Of a stretch of 34,674 bases of DNA, positions 31,878 to 34,674 are shown piece by piece. Below the pieces are notes generated by a model. It made no database searches and was not told the DNA's origin. It was given only the letters and a program-made list of their open reading frames with translations. Within the stretch, counting starts at the first letter, position 1. Each line of letters opens with the position of its first letter. Both the position numbers and the translations under genes were made by a program. Origin of the DNA: Solirubrobacterales bacterium (GTDB taxonomy: Bacteria; Actinomycetota; Thermoleophilia; Solirubrobacterales; 70-9); NCBI GenBank assembly GCA_050697175.1, contig JBOGZB010000207.1, positions 1-34,674 of the forward strand, read 5' to 3'.

Positions 31878-33122
31878 ATGCGCGCCGGACTCGAGCATGC
31901 GACGGTTCGAAAGTGCGCCTCGGCAGCAGTGCTCGCGATCGTCGTTTTGCTCTTCGCGGCCGCGCCCGCGCTCGCCAAGACCTTCGTGCCCACGCGGCAC
32001 GACGACCCGATCCCCGACAGTTGCAAGCCTCATGACTGCTCGCTGCGGGAGGCGATCACGGCGGCGAACAACCGCGTCGGGCCCGACGTCGTGCGCGTCC
32101 CAAGGGGCCACTACAAGCTCGCCCTTCCCGACACGGGCAACGACGACAACTCCGACGGAGACCTCGACGTCCTCGACGAGGTGACGATCACCGGTGCCGG
32201 CACGCACAAGACGATCATCGACGGACAGCACGTGAGCGGCGTGTTCGCGTTCCTGACCTTCAGCCCTCATTCGATGAGCCGTCTGACGGTCAAGGGCGGT
32301 TTGAATCCGGCGGGCTCAGGCGGAGCGATAGCCGTGGGCCCGTCTCGACTGACCCTGAGCAGGCTGAGGATCACGGGCAACAGCGCGCAGTACGGCGGCG
32401 GAATCTCCGGCGTCGCCTCGCCGCTGATCCTCAAGAACTCCACCCTCGACCACAACACGGCCTCGCTCGCCGGGGGCGGCGCCGATCTCGCCCCGGGCGC
32501 CGTCGCGATACCGAGGGCGGTGATCAAGAACACCACGTTCACGGAGGACCGCGCCAGCGAGGGCGGGGCCGTCGTGAACGATGGAACCTCCCGCTTCGGG
32601 GGCTTCGACGACAAGCCCGCCAAGCTCACGATGGAGAACTCCACCGTCGAGGGGAGCAGTGCGAGCGGAAACGGGGGCGGGATCGCGACCGTGGCGGGCT
32701 CGACGACTTCGATCGGAAACACGAGCGTCGCCTTCAACATTTCCGACTCCGATGCCTCCGGAGGCGGGAACGGCGGTGGGATCTTCCAATCCGCGGCCAC
32801 CTTCAAGGTGGAGAACTCGATCGTCGCCGGGAACTTCGCGGGTCCGACCGGGATGGACGACCAGTGCTCCGGAGCGTTTGACGGAGAGCGCAACGCATTG
32901 ACGACGCCGACGGGCTGTGCCAGCTTCCGGTCCCCGGCGAACGCGGTTGTCAAGAACCTCCGCCTGGGTCACTTCGGCTCGCACGGCGGCCCCACGCAGA
33001 CGCTCTCCCTGAAGCGCGGCAGCGCCGCCCTCGGCCTGGCTCGCGACTGCCCTTCGAAGGACCAGCGCGGAGTGAGGCGCAAGCACAGTCGCTGCGACGC
33101 AGGTGCCTTCGAGCGGCCTTAG
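31878..33122 (+). CDS. Secreted CSLREA-domain / right-handed beta-helix (choice-of-anchor-Q-like) protein, paralog 2
   Basis: ATG 31878 (GTG 31854 is an alternative). Signal AAVLAIVVLLFAAAPALA, CSLREAITAAN motif, GGGI/GGGA beta-helix turns. C-terminal block GSHGGPTQTLSL...DQRGVRRKHSRCDAGAFE. Confidence 0.8.
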   Translation: MRAGLEHATVRKCASAAVLAIVVLLFAAAPALAKTFVPTRHDDPIPDSCKPHDCSLREAITAANNRVGPDVVRVPRGHYKLALPDTGNDDNSDGDLDVLDEVTITGAGTHKTIIDGQHVSGVFAFLTFSPHSMSRLTVKGGLNPAGSGGAIAVGPSRLTLSRLRITGNSAQYGGGISGVASPLILKNSTLDHNTASLAGGGADLAPGAVAIPRAVIKNTTFTEDRASEGGAVVNDGTSRFGGFDDKPAKLTMENSTVEGSSASGNGGGIATVAGSTTSIGNTSVAFNISDSDASGGGNGGGIFQSAATFKVENSIVAGNFAGPTGMDDQCSGAFDGERNALTTPTGCASFRSPANAVVKNLRLGHFGSHGGPTQTLSLKRGSAALGLARDCPSKDQRGVRRKHSRCDAGAFERP

Positions 33123-33226
33123 CGCGGTCGGCATAGGGCACGGGAGACTCTTCTTCTCGGCCGTGACGCCCGGTCCGGGGGCGATGTCGCGGGAGAACGG
33201 CGTACCGCGTCTTCTCGGCCATCTTC

Positions 33227-33256
33227 TTGACGACCTGCGTCCTTGCGAAATATGAT
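33227..33256 (+). promoter_or_regulatory. Sigma-70-type promoter candidate TTGACG-N18-TATGAT
   Basis: -35 at 33227..33232 and -10 at 33251..33256. Followed by GGAGG (33284..33288) and the TTG start at 33296. Confidence 0.45.
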
Positions 33257-33295
33257 GGCGGCGCGGGGAGGGAACCTCTCACAGGAGGCAGTCCA

Positions 33296-33739
33296 TTGCG
33301 CAAGTTCATTGGGGCCGTTGCCCTCGCCGCGCTGGTCGCTGGCCTGACCGCGATCCCGGCCTCGGCAACGTTCGATACCCAGTTCAGCGTGATCGCAAAG
33401 CAGACGTCGACTCACAATGTGGGCCGGAACGAGGTTCGGTTTCAGCAAAAGCTCCTGGATCCGAGAAACCGAGACGACAAGGTCGGGCAGGACTGGGTTC
33501 ACTGCAAGTACAAGCCCAACATCAAGAAGCTGCGCTGCCGTGCCGTCGCTCACCTGAACGGTGAGATCGGTGGATTCGGCAACATCAGGGTCAGTGGCGA
33601 CATCCGGCCTCCGCACGGAAACCGCCGGCTGAACGTGGTCGGCGGCACCCATGATTTCAACGGGGTCGCCGGCAAGCTTCTGGTCCACAGCCTGCATCAG
33701 AAGAACACCAACAGGCTCCAGTTCGTGCTGACGCGCTAG
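33296..33739 (+). CDS. Small secreted protein, possibly dirigent/allene-oxide-cyclase-barrel-like
   Basis: TTG 33296 lies 7 nt after GGAGG. Signal LRKFIGAVALAALVAGLTAIPASA. C-terminal VVGGTHDFNGVAGKLLV resembles the GGTG.F..A.G block of dirigent-like barrels (weak, from memory). Confidence 0.7.
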   Translation: MRKFIGAVALAALVAGLTAIPASATFDTQFSVIAKQTSTHNVGRNEVRFQQKLLDPRNRDDKVGQDWVHCKYKPNIKKLRCRAVAHLNGEIGGFGNIRVSGDIRPPHGNRRLNVVGGTHDFNGVAGKLLVHSLHQKNTNRLQFVLTR

Positions 33740-33764
33740 CGCACAGGCTGGAAGCTGAACATCC

Positions 33765-33793
33765 ACACCGGGCGGGGCGATCCCGCCCGGTGT
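33765..33793 (+). terminator. Perfect 12-bp hairpin after the small secreted protein gene
   Basis: ACACCGGGCGGG GCGAT CCCGCCCGGTGT followed by CTTCTC. Confidence 0.6.
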
Positions 33794-33803
33794 CTTCTCA
33801 AGC

Positions 33804-33839
33804 GTGTCCACCCCGCGGCTGTTGCCGCGGGGTGGACAC
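33804..33839 (-). terminator. Perfect 15-bp hairpin after the convergent TIGR03118-like gene
   Basis: GTGTCCACCCCGCGG CTGTTG CCGCGGGGTGGACAC. Begins 17 nt beyond the minus-strand stop at 33857. Confidence 0.6.
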
Positions 33840-33856
33840 TTCAATGGCCGCTCCGA

Positions 33857-34674
33857 CTAGGAGCTCGGCGAGGCTGAAAGCAGCTTGCCGAACAGGCCGT
33901 GCGACTCGCCGGCCGGCCCCGCGGTGAACAGGAGGCTCTTAGGCGTTCCGATCACGCCGTTGCCGAACTTCAGCGCCCACAGCCCCGGGATTCGGACCCG
34001 CTGTCCGTGTGCCCAAAGGGCGCCCAGGCGCTTGCCCGTGGCCGGGTCGTAGGCGTTGATTTGCCCGTTCCCGAAGTTGCCGACCAGCAGCGCGCCGCTG
34101 GCTGGGCCGAAGCCCTGGGGCGCCTTCGCGATTCCCCAGGGCGAGTTGAGCGCCCCGTGCTGGGCGAGCCGCTTCAGCAGATGTCCGGCGGTGTCGTAGA
34201 CGTCGACGAAGCCGTTGCCCGGGCCCCGTACGTCGTCCTCGGCGTCCGCATCCTGCTTCGCGTAGGTGACCACCAGGTTGCCGTTCACGGTCTCGATCCC
34301 GAACGGTGCGAAGCCATTGGGGATCGCCGGATCCTTGAAGGCGCCTGGCCGGTTGACTCGCATGAAGCCCGAGTCCCACACGTCAACCCTGTCGTTGTGG
34401 AAGTCGGTCGCGTAGATCTGGGGGCCGGTCGCCGTATTGGCGATCGCGAGCCCCTTGAAGATCGCTCCAGGGACCCGCACCGCGGTTTGCGCCTGGGTCG
34501 AAAGGGGCGGTGGGGGGACGGCCTGGCTCCAGCCGGTGATCCTGCCGGCCTCCGAGGAGAACAGGAAGGATGCCGGGCCAGAGCTCGAGCGCGAGTGGAC
34601 AACGAACCCGTTGGAGCCGTTGAACACCATGCCGGTCGGTGCTCCCCCCGGGATTGAGACGGTCAGGGGGAGCT
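33857..34674 (-). CDS. TIGR03118-family beta-propeller-like secreted protein. C-terminal part only; the gene runs off the right edge.
   Basis: YATDFHNDRVDVWDSGF, FAPFGIETVNGNLVVTYAKQD, LNSPWGIAKAPQGFG, LLVGNFGNGQINAYD, GLWALKFGNG and LFTAGPAGESHGLFG match my memory of this family. The frame stays open upstream of ATG 34630 to the window end. Confidence 0.75.
   Translation of the reverse strand, partial: LPLTVSIPGGAPTGMVFNGSNGFVVHSRSSSGPASFLFSSEAGRITGWSQAVPPPPLSTQAQTAVRVPGAIFKGLAIANTATGPQIYATDFHNDRVDVWDSGFMRVNRPGAFKDPAIPNGFAPFGIETVNGNLVVTYAKQDADAEDDVRGPGNGFVDVYDTAGHLLKRLAQHGALNSPWGIAKAPQGFGPASGALLVGNFGNGQINAYDPATGKRLGALWAHGQRVRIPGLWALKFGNGVIGTPKSLLFTAGPAGESHGLFGKLLSASPSS

Noticed and set aside
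31831-31898. A complete (short) tRNA gene on the minus strand.
   Set aside because: Acceptor and T-arm pair, but the 67-68 nt span offers no D-arm (no GG loop, no stem) and no 5-bp anticodon stem. Treated as a fragment only.

Overview
Very GC-rich, densely coding chromosomal segment with actinobacterial-type gene content; no search was run, so this is my reading. I support 36 protein-coding genes (two cut by the window edges), two tRNA-Ser genes, one decayed gene fragment and several hairpins or palindromes.

Left and middle (1-23 kb): ordinary metabolic and accessory genes. These include a UDP-glucuronate decarboxylase-like SDR, a secreted lipase and another hydrolase, two DHA2-type MFS pumps with TetR and MarR neighbours, and a His-rich GH26-like hydrolase. 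Also present are GNAT and HD proteins, an arabinonolactone-oxidase-like flavoprotein, a GT1 glycosyltransferase, a PLP aldolase/racemase-like enzyme, an L,D-transpeptidase, an ABC-2 exporter and a quinone oxidoreductase.

Most unusual items:
1. A single-pass membrane protein joining two extracytoplasmic peptidoglycan-binding domains to a cytoplasmic pyruvate:ferredoxin-oxidoreductase gamma-like domain (23348..24847). It sits directly downstream of a Pro/Val-rich DP(I/V)VGPV-repeat envelope protein.
2. A right-hand block (28.6-34.7 kb) of secreted or envelope proteins with long, palindrome-bearing spacers. It holds a Crp/Fnr-type regulator followed by a perfect 20-bp TGTCA-N6-TGACA palindrome, and a tRNA-like 3' fragment.
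3. Two paralogous CSLREA beta-helix proteins.

No CRISPR array, transposase, integrase or recognisable defence or toxin system was seen. Many long ORFs in the track are GC-driven shadow frames.
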